DNA from: Chloroflexota bacterium
Lineage (GTDB): Bacteria; Chloroflexota; Limnocylindria; Limnocylindrales; CSP1-4
DNA length: 53,089 nucleotides
Direction of reading: 5' to 3'
Assembly: GCA_041691215.1 (NCBI GenBank)
Contig: JBEPVB010000002.1
Coordinates: 1 to 53,089 of the forward strand
A program made the translations under genes and the position numbers. This document shows, piece by piece, positions 10,834-18,967 of this stretch. The notes under the pieces are model-generated. The model made no database searches. It saw only the letters and a list, made by a program, of their open reading frames with translations, and was not told the origin of the DNA. The stretch's first letter is position 1. Each line of letters opens with the position of its first letter.

Positions 10834-12216
10834 GTGACTCGAATCTCCGCCCGAGCCAGCCTGGCCGGCGCCGCCGCAGCGATCCTCGTCGGAGGATGCC
10901 GCCGGGGCATGCGGGTGCCTCCCGCTTGGCGCCTCAGCGGCACGCTGGCCCTGGTGTTGGCCGCCTGTGCCACCTCTTCCCCGGCCGGCCCGTCCACGGG
11001 CCCGACGCCGACCGTCGCGCAGACGCGGCTGGGTCGTCACGATCTCCACGAACCGGGAAGGACACTGGCAAACGGCGTCGTGACAACCGTCGACGACGGT
11101 GACGGCGGCGTCACGGTGACCGTCTCGATCGAAGACCTGGCGAACATCCATCCGTGGGGCATCTACGACCAGGACGGCTGTGGCTCCCCGGCCAGGGATC
11201 ACGAGGCACCGTGGCAGTTCGCCGACATCGAGGGCGGCCGGCACGTTGAACGCGTGGAACGAGACGCGTTCCTCGGCTATGGCGGGAGTCTCTCGGTCCT
11301 CGTCTTCACGGCCAACGGGGCATCGATCCTGGGCTGTGCCGAGCTCGGCGGGCCGCTCATTGCGGCCGGTCCATCGGCGACACCGGACGCCTGCCCGGCG
11401 GATCGCCCCCCGGTATCCCAACCCGCCGGCACTCGCGGTGAAGTCGCGGTCAGCGCCGACAACCTGAGCAATGCCGACATCTACCTCATGGCCGCCGATG
11501 GCTCGGCCCGGGTTCGCCTGACGACCTCCCTGGGCATTGACAGCAAGCCCAGCTGGTCCCCGGATGGACAACGGATCGCGTTCCGAACCAATCGCGACGG
11601 CCAGGATGAGATCTACGTCATGGCGGCCGACGGCTCCTGCCAGCACGACCTCACCAACAGCCCGGTCGACGACCGCTCGCCTGCCTGGTCGCCGGACGGG
11701 TCGAAGATCGCCTTCGACCACTTCTTCGAGGCTGGTCTCCAGGACATCGCCACGATCCGCCCCGATGGCACGGATCTGACCCGTCTCACGACGAGTCACG
11801 GCGAGTACCCGGCCTGGTCACCCGATGGCCGGCGCCTGGCGTTTGCCTCGGCGCGGGACGGCGACTACGACATCTATGTGATGAACGCGGACGGGACCCA
11901 GGAGCGGGCGCTGACATCCAACGCCACGTACGACATGTACCCGGCGTGGTCGCCGGACGGCGCCTGGATCGCCTACGAGTGCGAGACGATGCCCACCTCC
12001 GGCTTCCTCGGGGAGGCGCCCGACATCTGCCTCGTGAGGCCCGACGGGACCGGCCGCCGCCAGCTCATGAGCGACGCCGTGAGCGATCGGTTTCCGGCCT
12101 GGTCGCCGACGGGCGCCCTGTCATGGTCGCGGGAGGGAACGATCGAGGTGGCGGCCACGCCCGGCGCGGTCGCGACGAGCATCGGATCCGGGGTCTTCCC
12201 GGCCTGGCGACCCTGA
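10834..12216 (+). CDS. Lipoprotein with C-terminal TolB-like PD40/WD40 beta-propeller repeats
   Basis: GTG 10834 has GAGGTG 7 nt upstream; ATG 10909 is an alternative. Two lipobox-like sites (ILVGGC, LVLAAC). Repeated PD40 units: PSWSPDGQRIAF, PAWSPDGSKIAF, PAWSPDGRRLAF, PAWSPDGAWIAY, PAWSPTG, each followed by D.IYVM.ADG-type strands. Confidence 0.8.
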   Translation: MTRISARASLAGAAAAILVGGCRRGMRVPPAWRLSGTLALVLAACATSSPAGPSTGPTPTVAQTRLGRHDLHEPGRTLANGVVTTVDDGDGGVTVTVSIEDLANIHPWGIYDQDGCGSPARDHEAPWQFADIEGGRHVERVERDAFLGYGGSLSVLVFTANGASILGCAELGGPLIAAGPSATPDACPADRPPVSQPAGTRGEVAVSADNLSNADIYLMAADGSARVRLTTSLGIDSKPSWSPDGQRIAFRTNRDGQDEIYVMAADGSCQHDLTNSPVDDRSPAWSPDGSKIAFDHFFEAGLQDIATIRPDGTDLTRLTTSHGEYPAWSPDGRRLAFASARDGDYDIYVMNADGTQERALTSNATYDMYPAWSPDGAWIAYECETMPTSGFLGEAPDICLVRPDGTGRRQLMSDAVSDRFPAWSPTGALSWSREGTIEVAATPGAVATSIGSGVFPAWRP

Positions 12217-12225
12217 GCCCGCCGC

Positions 12226-12903
12226 TCAGGCGTCGAGGCGCCGCCTGGGGGCTTCGGCGGTCTGTCGATCCTCGAGCGGATCGAGGCCGGGGGAGCTACA
12301 GACCAGGTAGCGGAGGAGCGTCCGGCCGGTGTTCTCAACGCGATGCGGCCGGTCTTCCTCCACCCTGATCCCCTTCAGCGGCTCGAGGGTCTCGGTTTCG
12401 TCGCCGACGGTCACCACGCCGCGACCCTCGAAGACGACGAGCGCATGCTCGGCCCGCGGATGGCGATGCCACTCGTCGGCGACACCGGGTTGCATCTCGA
12501 CCTCGGTGACCGTGAACGCCGCGCTGCCGAAGTCGCCCGGACCGGCGATCCGCCGCCGGAGGATGCCTCCGTCCTCGGAGATCGCGCCCTCCGCACCGCG
12601 CCGGATCGGCTCGGCGATCGAATCCCAGCGGCGGAGCATGGTCCCGACCCGCCGCGGGTCCGGGTCTGTCGAGGCGAGCAGGGCGAGGGCGTCGAGCGTG
12701 CCCTCGTTGCGTACGAGGTGATGCTCGGCGGGTGCCTCGTAGAGGACGTCGCCGGCCCGGACGATGGCCCGCCGCTCGAGGGCCTCGCCGTGCTCGAAGA
12801 CGAGCTCCCCGCCGGCGAGGTACACGATGGTCTCGACCCCGTGGCGGTGCGGCCCGATCTCGACGCCCGGGGCGATCCGGTCGAACTCGAGCCGGATCCT
12901 CAC
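12226..12903 (-). CDS. Bicupin domain protein
   Basis: GTG 12903 overlaps the thyX stop (GTGA). Two cupin cores: GPHRHGVETIVYLAGGELVFEHG and DEWHRHPRAEHALVVFEGRGVVTVG. The longer ORF 12226-13146 runs into thyX. Confidence 0.75.
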   Translation of the reverse strand: MRIRLEFDRIAPGVEIGPHRHGVETIVYLAGGELVFEHGEALERRAIVRAGDVLYEAPAEHHLVRNEGTLDALALLASTDPDPRRVGTMLRRWDSIAEPIRRGAEGAISEDGGILRRRIAGPGDFGSAAFTVTEVEMQPGVADEWHRHPRAEHALVVFEGRGVVTVGDETETLEPLKGIRVEEDRPHRVENTGRTLLRYLVCSSPGLDPLEDRQTAEAPRRRLDA

Positions 12904-13757
12904 GACTGGACCGGCAGCTCGCGTCCTGCCGCCCGGGCGGCCTTGGCCTTCTCGGCCCAGGCCTCGAGCACGCGATCCTTGTGCGGCCGTATGGGACAGT
13001 GCTCGTCCCGGTTGTTCATCTCGTCGCAGTAGCCGAGGGGAACGCATTTCGGGGCCAGGAATGAGCCCAGGAAGGGGCTGACGCTGAAGATCTCGTGGCG
13101 GATCAGCTGGAAGAGCCGGCGGATCTCCCACTGGGCCATCGTGCACAGGCGCAGCCCCGACATGTGGATGAGGGCCCGCAGGTTGGTGGTCATGACGAGG
13201 TTCGTTCGGGTGCCGTTGGGGAAGACGAAGCGGGCGTCCTCACCCGGGATCCCAGAACCGACGAGCTCGCCGTAGAGGGCCATCGAGCCCTCGACCTGCT
13301 CCTCGTAGCGCTCCCGCAGCTCAGGATCCGCCTCGGCGATCGACTGGGGCAGCATCGTGGCCGCCTTCTTGTAGGTCACGTAGCGCTGGCTCTGCTGGTC
13401 GAAGGCCACGCCCGCCCGATGGCGGACCAGCTGGTGCGACAGCGTCCGCGAGACGCCGCTGATCCCGAAGGTGAAGACGACGTGCTCGATGGTGCTGCCG
13501 TGGCCCGACTCGATCACGCCGTTGATGAGGCGCTGCATCTTGGCCGGCTCGATCTCGCCGGCGGTCGCCTTGCGGAAGATCTCCTCCGGCGGGAGCTCCG
13601 AATAGCAGGTCCGGCAGGCCGTATAGATGAGCGGCACGTAGAACTGCTCGACGATCTCCTTCGACGGAAAAAGGAGCGTCGCCTTCATGCCCAGCTCGGC
13701 CCGGCCGGGGTTCCTGGGGATGCCGGATTTCTCGCGTTGGGGCGCCTCGGCGGTCAT
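12900..13757 (-). CDS. thyX: FAD-dependent thymidylate synthase
   Basis: ThyX signature LVRHRAGVAFDQQSQRY (RHR...SQR), plus HGSTIEHVVFTF. The start could also be ATG 13688 (MKATLLF). Confidence 0.92.
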   Translation of the reverse strand: MTAEAPQREKSGIPRNPGRAELGMKATLLFPSKEIVEQFYVPLIYTACRTCYSELPPEEIFRKATAGEIEPAKMQRLINGVIESGHGSTIEHVVFTFGISGVSRTLSHQLVRHRAGVAFDQQSQRYVTYKKAATMLPQSIAEADPELRERYEEQVEGSMALYGELVGSGIPGEDARFVFPNGTRTNLVMTTNLRALIHMSGLRLCTMAQWEIRRLFQLIRHEIFSVSPFLGSFLAPKCVPLGYCDEMNNRDEHCPIRPHKDRVLEAWAEKAKAARAAGRELPVQS

Positions 13758-13766
13758 CGGGGGAGT

Positions 13767-15134
13767 CTAGTCCGTCGACGCTGCCATCGCCGTCGCGGGT
13801 CCGAGGTGCCCGCCGGCCCCGCTGTCCGCTTCCGCATCGTGGAACCAGTGCCAGTAGAGCCAGGTCGCGACGGTATACAGGACGATGATCGTGGCGAAGT
13901 TGACGGTGTAGCCGGCATCGAACCCGAGGGCCGCGTGGACGACCGAGTAGTAGAAGCCGGCGATGACCCAGCCGATGGACCACATCAGCGACATGGCGGC
14001 TGCCAGGGTGGCCCGCTCGGGCGGGCTGACCCGGTCCATGGCGAAGGCATTGGCGATGGGATTGCCGGCGTTCATCAGCGAGTTCCTGACGGCCATCGCG
14101 GCGATCACCGTGAAGAGGAGCGGGCTGAAGCCCAGGACGATGAGGAAGGGGATGCTGAAGCCCTGGACGAGGACCACCGAGCGGACCCGGCCGAGGCGCC
14201 GGGCCAGCGTCGGCTGGTAGAGGACCGCCAGCATCGTGCCGATGCTGGTGAGGGCGAAGACGCCGTTAAGGGACGCCAGGTCGAGGCCGAACTTGTGCTG
14301 GACGAACAGGTTCAGGAAGGGGATGACCTGGCCGGCTCCGATCGGGATGAGGAGGCCCGGCAGGAGGAGCCGGAAGAACGTCCGGCGATCGCGGATGGTG
14401 AGGCCGAACCGGCCGACCGACCAGCCCCGCTGGCGGTGGCGCGGGAACGCCGCCGGCTCGCCGGCGGCGAAGAGCTGGCGCTTCCTGAGGATGGCCGGCC
14501 GGTCGTCCGTCAGCCTGAGCATCACCACCAGGCCGGCCCCCAGGAGCGCGGCCATGAAGACGAGGATGATCCGGTAGGTATCGGGGCCATCCGGGACGAA
14601 CCCGAGACGGTCCGCGAGGAATCGCGCCACGACGCCGCCCAAGGCTGCTGCGATCACGTTCGTGGCGCTCCCGATCGCGAACTGGAGGGCGAAGAGCTCG
14701 TTCCGATGGGCCGGCTCCGAATGCTCGGACATGTAGGGAACCGAGACCACCTGGATGGCCTGGCTGCCGGCCCCGTAGAGGGCGGCCAAGAGGAGGATCG
14801 CGGTCGGGTCATGGGTCGCGATCATGCCGACGACGGCCAGCAGCGCGGCGCCGCCGCCCGCGGCCATGGTCAGGCGGCGCCCGATCCGGTCCGACCACGA
14901 CGAGGCAGGGAAAGCGGCCACCGCGGAGGCCAGCGAGCCGACCGTGGCGACGATGCCGATCCGGGCGTCCTCGAACCCGATCGAGGCGAGGTAGAGGTTG
15001 AAGTCGATCCACCACAGGCTCGTGGCGGCGCCAGCGACGAGGGTGACGAGAAGGAACCGCCGAGCGTCGGGCTCGAACCCGCGGTAGCGGCTGGTCAGCG
15101 TTGCGAGGCGACCGCCGGGTCCCCGTCCAGCCAC
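13767..15134 (-). CDS. MFS transporter
   Basis: About 12 predicted hydrophobic helices and the MFS loop motif WSDRIGRR between TM2 and TM3. Lies 10 nt upstream of thyX. Confidence 0.85.
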   Translation of the reverse strand: MAGRGPGGRLATLTSRYRGFEPDARRFLLVTLVAGAATSLWWIDFNLYLASIGFEDARIGIVATVGSLASAVAAFPASSWSDRIGRRLTMAAGGGAALLAVVGMIATHDPTAILLLAALYGAGSQAIQVVSVPYMSEHSEPAHRNELFALQFAIGSATNVIAAALGGVVARFLADRLGFVPDGPDTYRIILVFMAALLGAGLVVMLRLTDDRPAILRKRQLFAAGEPAAFPRHRQRGWSVGRFGLTIRDRRTFFRLLLPGLLIPIGAGQVIPFLNLFVQHKFGLDLASLNGVFALTSIGTMLAVLYQPTLARRLGRVRSVVLVQGFSIPFLIVLGFSPLLFTVIAAMAVRNSLMNAGNPIANAFAMDRVSPPERATLAAAMSLMWSIGWVIAGFYYSVVHAALGFDAGYTVNFATIIVLYTVATWLYWHWFHDAEADSGAGGHLGPATAMAASTD

Positions 15135-15143
15135 GTCTCGGAG

Positions 15144-17906
15144 CTAGCCGGCCCGGTCGGCCATCGGAACGGACGCCTTCAGCTCGGCCTGGGGCACGCC
15201 CAGGGCATAGGCCACCGACTCGTCGAGGGTCATCGCCGCGCCCTCGGCGCCGAGCCGCTCGAGCTCGTCTGGCGCGAGCTTGCCGGCGACATGGGGGCGG
15301 AGCGTCTGCTCGAACTGGACGTCGATGTACGAGGCCAGCTGTGCCCCCGTCGCGGCGGTGAGGCGCCGCGCCGCCCCGTACAGGCGGGCGGCCCGGGGGA
15401 AGTCGCCCTCGGCGGTCGCCTGGGAGTGGAGGTCGTCGAAGACGAGGGCGATGCCGGCCGCATCGCTGGCGTCGTAGAAATGGCGAAGGGCATGGAGGAG
15501 GATCGGGCCGGCCTCCTCCACGCGGCCCTGATGGAGGAGCGCGGTTCCCAGCATGTGCTCGGCCCACGCCTCCATCGTGACGTCGCCGACCCGGCGAAAG
15601 AGATCGAGGGCCTCGCGGTCGCGTGCCTCGCCGGCGTCCGGCGTCTGCTGGAAATACTCGCGGTTGCCCATACCCCAGAGGACGCTCGCCTGGCCCCGCA
15701 GGTCGCCGATCTCGCGATAGATCGAGAGCGCCTCCTCGAGGGCAGCCGCGCCGTAGCCGTCGGGGTCGGCAAGGCGAGCGTCGACCGACGGGTCGGCCGA
15801 GACCGCATACGCGAACGAGTAGTTGTACAGGGCATTGGCAAGCTCGGCTCGATCCCCGACGGTCCGCCAGAGCGCGAGCGCCTCTTCGTAGGCGGTCTTC
15901 ATCGGGGCGATGTCGGCCTGCCACCAGAGGACCCCGCCGAGGGCTTCCATGAGCCGCGCCCGGATCAGCGGGTCGGCGTGTGACCAGGGCTGGGCGGCGA
16001 TGGCCTCGAGCCGCCGTCGCGCCTCGTACAGGTGGCCCCGCTTCTGCCAGAAGCGCCACATGGCGAAGGCCAGCCGGATGGCGCTCTCGCCGTCACCAGC
16101 CCCGGACGCCCGATCGATCGCGGCCCTGATGTTGTCGTGCTCGCGCTCAAGGCGGCTCAGGTGCTGCCGCTGGTCCGGGCCGTTCAGCTCCGCCGCCGCC
16201 GCCTCGACGAGATCGAGGAACCAGGCCGTGTGCTGCGAGCGGACGGCCCCGGCGTCGTCCCGCGCGCCGAGCATTTCCTCGGCGAACTCGCGGATGGTCT
16301 CGAGGAGGTAGAAGCGCGGCGGATCCCCATCGATGGACCGGATGAGACTCTGGTCGGCCAGGGCCGTCAGGCCGTCGAGGACATCGCGGCCGGTCTCCGC
16401 GGCGGGTCCGCCGATGGCCTCCGCGGCGTCGAGGTCGAAGCCATGGGCGAACACCGACAGACGATCCAGCAGGCGGCGGTCCGCCTCCTCGAGGATGTCG
16501 TAGCTCCAGGCGATGGCGCCCCGGAGGGTCTGCTGGCGGGCCGGCAGGTCGCGCGCGCCGGCGGCCAGCAGGTTGAGCTGGTGCTCGAGGCGGGCGAGGA
16601 TCGCGTCCGGGCTGAGCAGCTTCACCCGGGCCGCCGCGAGCTCGATCGCCAGCGGCATGCCCTGGAGCCGGGCGCAGATCGCGGCCACGGCCGGCGCGTT
16701 GGCGTTGGTCACGGCGAAATCGGGCTTGACCGCGACGGCCCGGGCCACGAAGAGCCGGACGGCCTCATAGGTAGTGAGGTCCGCGAGGAGCGTGGCCCCG
16801 CCTGTGCCCCGCACGGCCTGCTCATAGCCGCCCATCTGCCCGGGATCCGGCGGTACCGGCAGCCCCGGCACCGGGAACTCCTGCTCGCCGGACACGCGCA
16901 GCGGCGCTCGCGACGTGGCCAGGACTTTGAGCCCCGGCGCCGCGCGGAGGAGGTCGGCGATGACGGAGCCGCCGTCCACCACCTGCTCGTAGTTGTCGAG
17001 GACCAGGAGGACGCGCTTGGCCCCGAGCCACTCCACCACGACATCGCGCGCCGAGCGGCCGCCCGATTCGGCGAGGCCGATCTCGCTGGCGATGCGCGAC
17101 GCGACAAGCGCGGCATCCCGGACGGTCTCGAGGGGCACGAAGAAGGTGCCGTCGGGATGATCGGCGGCGGCCGAGGCCGCCGCCTGGAGCGAGAGGCGCG
17201 TCTTGCCGGTACCTCCCGGGCCAGTCATCGTGACGAGGCGGTTCTGGCCGAGGAGACGGCAGACCGCCGCCAGCTCCTCCTCCCGCCCGACGAACGAGGT
17301 CAGCTGCGTTGGCAGGTTGTTGGGTCGCGCGTCGATGGTGGCCAGGGGTGGAAACGTCGCTTCGAGGCCCGGCGCAGCCAGTTGATAGAGGTGCTCCGGC
17401 TCCCGCAGGTCACGAAGGCGGTGCGACCCCAGGTCGAGGAGCCGGACATCATCGGCAAGCGTCGCACCTGCGAGGCCGCGTGCGGTCTCGGAGACGAGGA
17501 CCTGCCCGCCATTGGCGACGGCGGCGATCCGCGCCGCGCGGTTGATCGCCAGGCCGACGAGGCTGCCGCCGGCGGAGGCGGCCTCGCCCGCGTTGATCCC
17601 CATCCGGACCTTGATCGTCGCCCCCGCCGGCCACGACTCGGCGGCCAGCGCGCGCTGCGCCGCGGCGGCTGCGGCGAGGGCCTCGGAAGCGGTCGCGAAG
17701 ACGATGAAGAACGAATCGCCCTCGGTCCCCTGTTCCGTGCCGCCGTGAGCGCCGAAGGCCTGGCGAAGGAGCGCCCGGTGGCGTTCCCGGACCTCGGCGT
17801 AGGCAGCGGTCCCGATTGCCTGCTCCAGGCGCGTCGAGCCCTCGATGTCGGAGAACAGGAAGACGAGCGTTCCGCCGGTCGACGCCGCGGGGCCGCCGTC
17901 GTTCAC
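15144..17906 (-). CDS. Class III nucleotidyl cyclase domain - STAND/AAA ATPase - TPR multidomain protein
   Basis: N-terminus: LVFLFSDIEGSTRLE, GDSFFIVF, VRMGINAGEA, GLAINRAARI (class III cyclase metal, Asn and Arg motifs). Then VGREEEL...VTMTGPGGTGKTRL P-loop and LLVLDNYEQV Walker B. Long TPR-like C-terminus ending ...GAAMTLDESVAYALG. No HTH seen. Confidence 0.88.
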   Translation of the reverse strand: MNDGGPAASTGGTLVFLFSDIEGSTRLEQAIGTAAYAEVRERHRALLRQAFGAHGGTEQGTEGDSFFIVFATASEALAAAAAAQRALAAESWPAGATIKVRMGINAGEAASAGGSLVGLAINRAARIAAVANGGQVLVSETARGLAGATLADDVRLLDLGSHRLRDLREPEHLYQLAAPGLEATFPPLATIDARPNNLPTQLTSFVGREEELAAVCRLLGQNRLVTMTGPGGTGKTRLSLQAAASAAADHPDGTFFVPLETVRDAALVASRIASEIGLAESGGRSARDVVVEWLGAKRVLLVLDNYEQVVDGGSVIADLLRAAPGLKVLATSRAPLRVSGEQEFPVPGLPVPPDPGQMGGYEQAVRGTGGATLLADLTTYEAVRLFVARAVAVKPDFAVTNANAPAVAAICARLQGMPLAIELAAARVKLLSPDAILARLEHQLNLLAAGARDLPARQQTLRGAIAWSYDILEEADRRLLDRLSVFAHGFDLDAAEAIGGPAAETGRDVLDGLTALADQSLIRSIDGDPPRFYLLETIREFAEEMLGARDDAGAVRSQHTAWFLDLVEAAAAELNGPDQRQHLSRLEREHDNIRAAIDRASGAGDGESAIRLAFAMWRFWQKRGHLYEARRRLEAIAAQPWSHADPLIRARLMEALGGVLWWQADIAPMKTAYEEALALWRTVGDRAELANALYNYSFAYAVSADPSVDARLADPDGYGAAALEEALSIYREIGDLRGQASVLWGMGNREYFQQTPDAGEARDREALDLFRRVGDVTMEAWAEHMLGTALLHQGRVEEAGPILLHALRHFYDASDAAGIALVFDDLHSQATAEGDFPRAARLYGAARRLTAATGAQLASYIDVQFEQTLRPHVAGKLAPDELERLGAEGAAMTLDESVAYALGVPQAELKASVPMADRAG

Positions 17907-17934
17907 GTCGTCGCTGCCCGCGCCGGCCGGGCCG

Positions 17935-18363
17935 TCAATGGCGGAAGGCGTCGGTCGCCTCCCGGAGCCGCGAGGCTACGCCCCGCAGGATGGCCAGGGT
18001 CACGGCCGGGTTGGCGAGGAGGGTGGCCTCGAAGTCCCAGGTTGCGATCGCCAGGCAGGTCGTCGGTCCGACGGCCGCGACCATCGCGTTGCGGGGCTTG
18101 CCGTCGAGGACCGAGAGCTCGCCGAAGAAGTCGCCCGGCCCGAGCTGGGCGACCTCGGTCCCGTCGCGGACGACGCGAACCATGCCGGCCACGAGGACGA
18201 AGAACCCCGTCCCGATCTCGCCCTGGCGGGCGATCACGTGGCCGGCTGGAAACGTCACCTCCGTGGCCGCGCCTGTCAGGGCCGCGAGGCCGTCCGCGCC
18301 CACGCCGCGGAAGAGCGGGCAGGCGGCAAGCAGGTCCGATCGGGTGCGTGGCGACAGGGTCAT
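17935..18363 (-). CDS. Stand-alone cyclic nucleotide-binding domain protein (142 aa)
   Basis: ATG 18363 (MTLSPRTRSDLLAACPLFRG). CNB fold motifs: FPAGHVIARQGE.G.GFFVLVAG and FFGELSVLDGKPRNAMVAA. No output domain. Ends 28 nt upstream of the cyclase gene. Confidence 0.8.
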   Translation of the reverse strand: MTLSPRTRSDLLAACPLFRGVGADGLAALTGAATEVTFPAGHVIARQGEIGTGFFVLVAGMVRVVRDGTEVAQLGPGDFFGELSVLDGKPRNAMVAAVGPTTCLAIATWDFEATLLANPAVTLAILRGVASRLREATDAFRH

Positions 18364-18538
18364 GGAACCTCCGCGGGATACCCCCCGATGCTGAACGGCG
18401 CGCCCGCGCCCGTCAAGGCATCGGGACCGCGACTCCCGGGCGCGATGGCGGTATGTCCAGGCTCCATTCCGTCGTCCGACGATGCACAATCGACACCGCG
18501 ACCCAACCGTCGCCCCAGGAGGAGCCCGGACCCCGACG

Positions 18539-18961
18539 ATGGCAACACGCGACGAGATCGCTGACGCGCTGGCCGGGATGACCCTCTTCGCCGACCTCAC
18601 GACGGCCCAGCTGCTGGGCGTCGCGAGCCAGTTCGAGGAGGCCTTCTTTCCCGAAGGTGCCCGTGTCCTTCGCCAGGGCCTGACCGGCTCGGCCTTCTAC
18701 GTGATCCTCGACGGCGACGCCTCGGTGGTGGTCGATGGCGTGCCGCGGGCCCAGCTCGGACGCGGCGAGTTCTTCGGCGAGGTGTCCATCCTCCTTGGCG
18801 AGCCGCCGACGGCCGATGTCATCGCCCTTCGCCCCCTGCGCTGCATCGCCCTTGCCGGATCGGCCGTGGAGGCCTTCCTCGTCGACCATCCACGGATCGC
18901 CTACCGGATGCTCCAGGCGCAGTCCCGGCGCCTTCGGAACGCCAACCGCGCCCGGAGCTAG
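18539..18961 (+). CDS. Stand-alone cyclic nucleotide-binding domain protein (140 aa)
   Basis: ATG 18539 has AGGAGG upstream. Motifs: LFADLTTAQLLGVASQFEE..FPEGARVLRQG..GSAFYVILDG and FFGEVSILLGEPPTADVIAL. The cassette Arg is replaced by Pro. Confidence 0.8.
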   Translation: MATRDEIADALAGMTLFADLTTAQLLGVASQFEEAFFPEGARVLRQGLTGSAFYVILDGDASVVVDGVPRAQLGRGEFFGEVSILLGEPPTADVIALRPLRCIALAGSAVEAFLVDHPRIAYRMLQAQSRRLRNANRARS

Positions 18962-18967
18962 CCGGAC

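Noticed and set aside
13095-15983. 962-aa plus-strand ORF, and similar giants at 16032-18581 (+), 18413-20527 (-), 24155-25282 (-), 25009-26184 (-) and 51753-53063 (-).
   Set aside because: They lie antisense to genes with clear family signatures (thyX, MFS, cyclase, flavoprotein, ABC, YcaQ). Their translations are Arg/Gly/Asp/Pro-rich with no motifs. Stop-poor antisense frames are expected at this GC content.
15144-18363. Pycsar/CBASS-like anti-phage reading of cyclase plus cNMP-binding protein.
   Set aside because: The CNB protein has no TM, TIR or other effector domain. The cyclase is a 920-aa STAND/TPR regulator type rather than a minimal defence cyclase. The neighbours are housekeeping genes (thyX, MFS), and there are no mobile or defence-island hallmarks.
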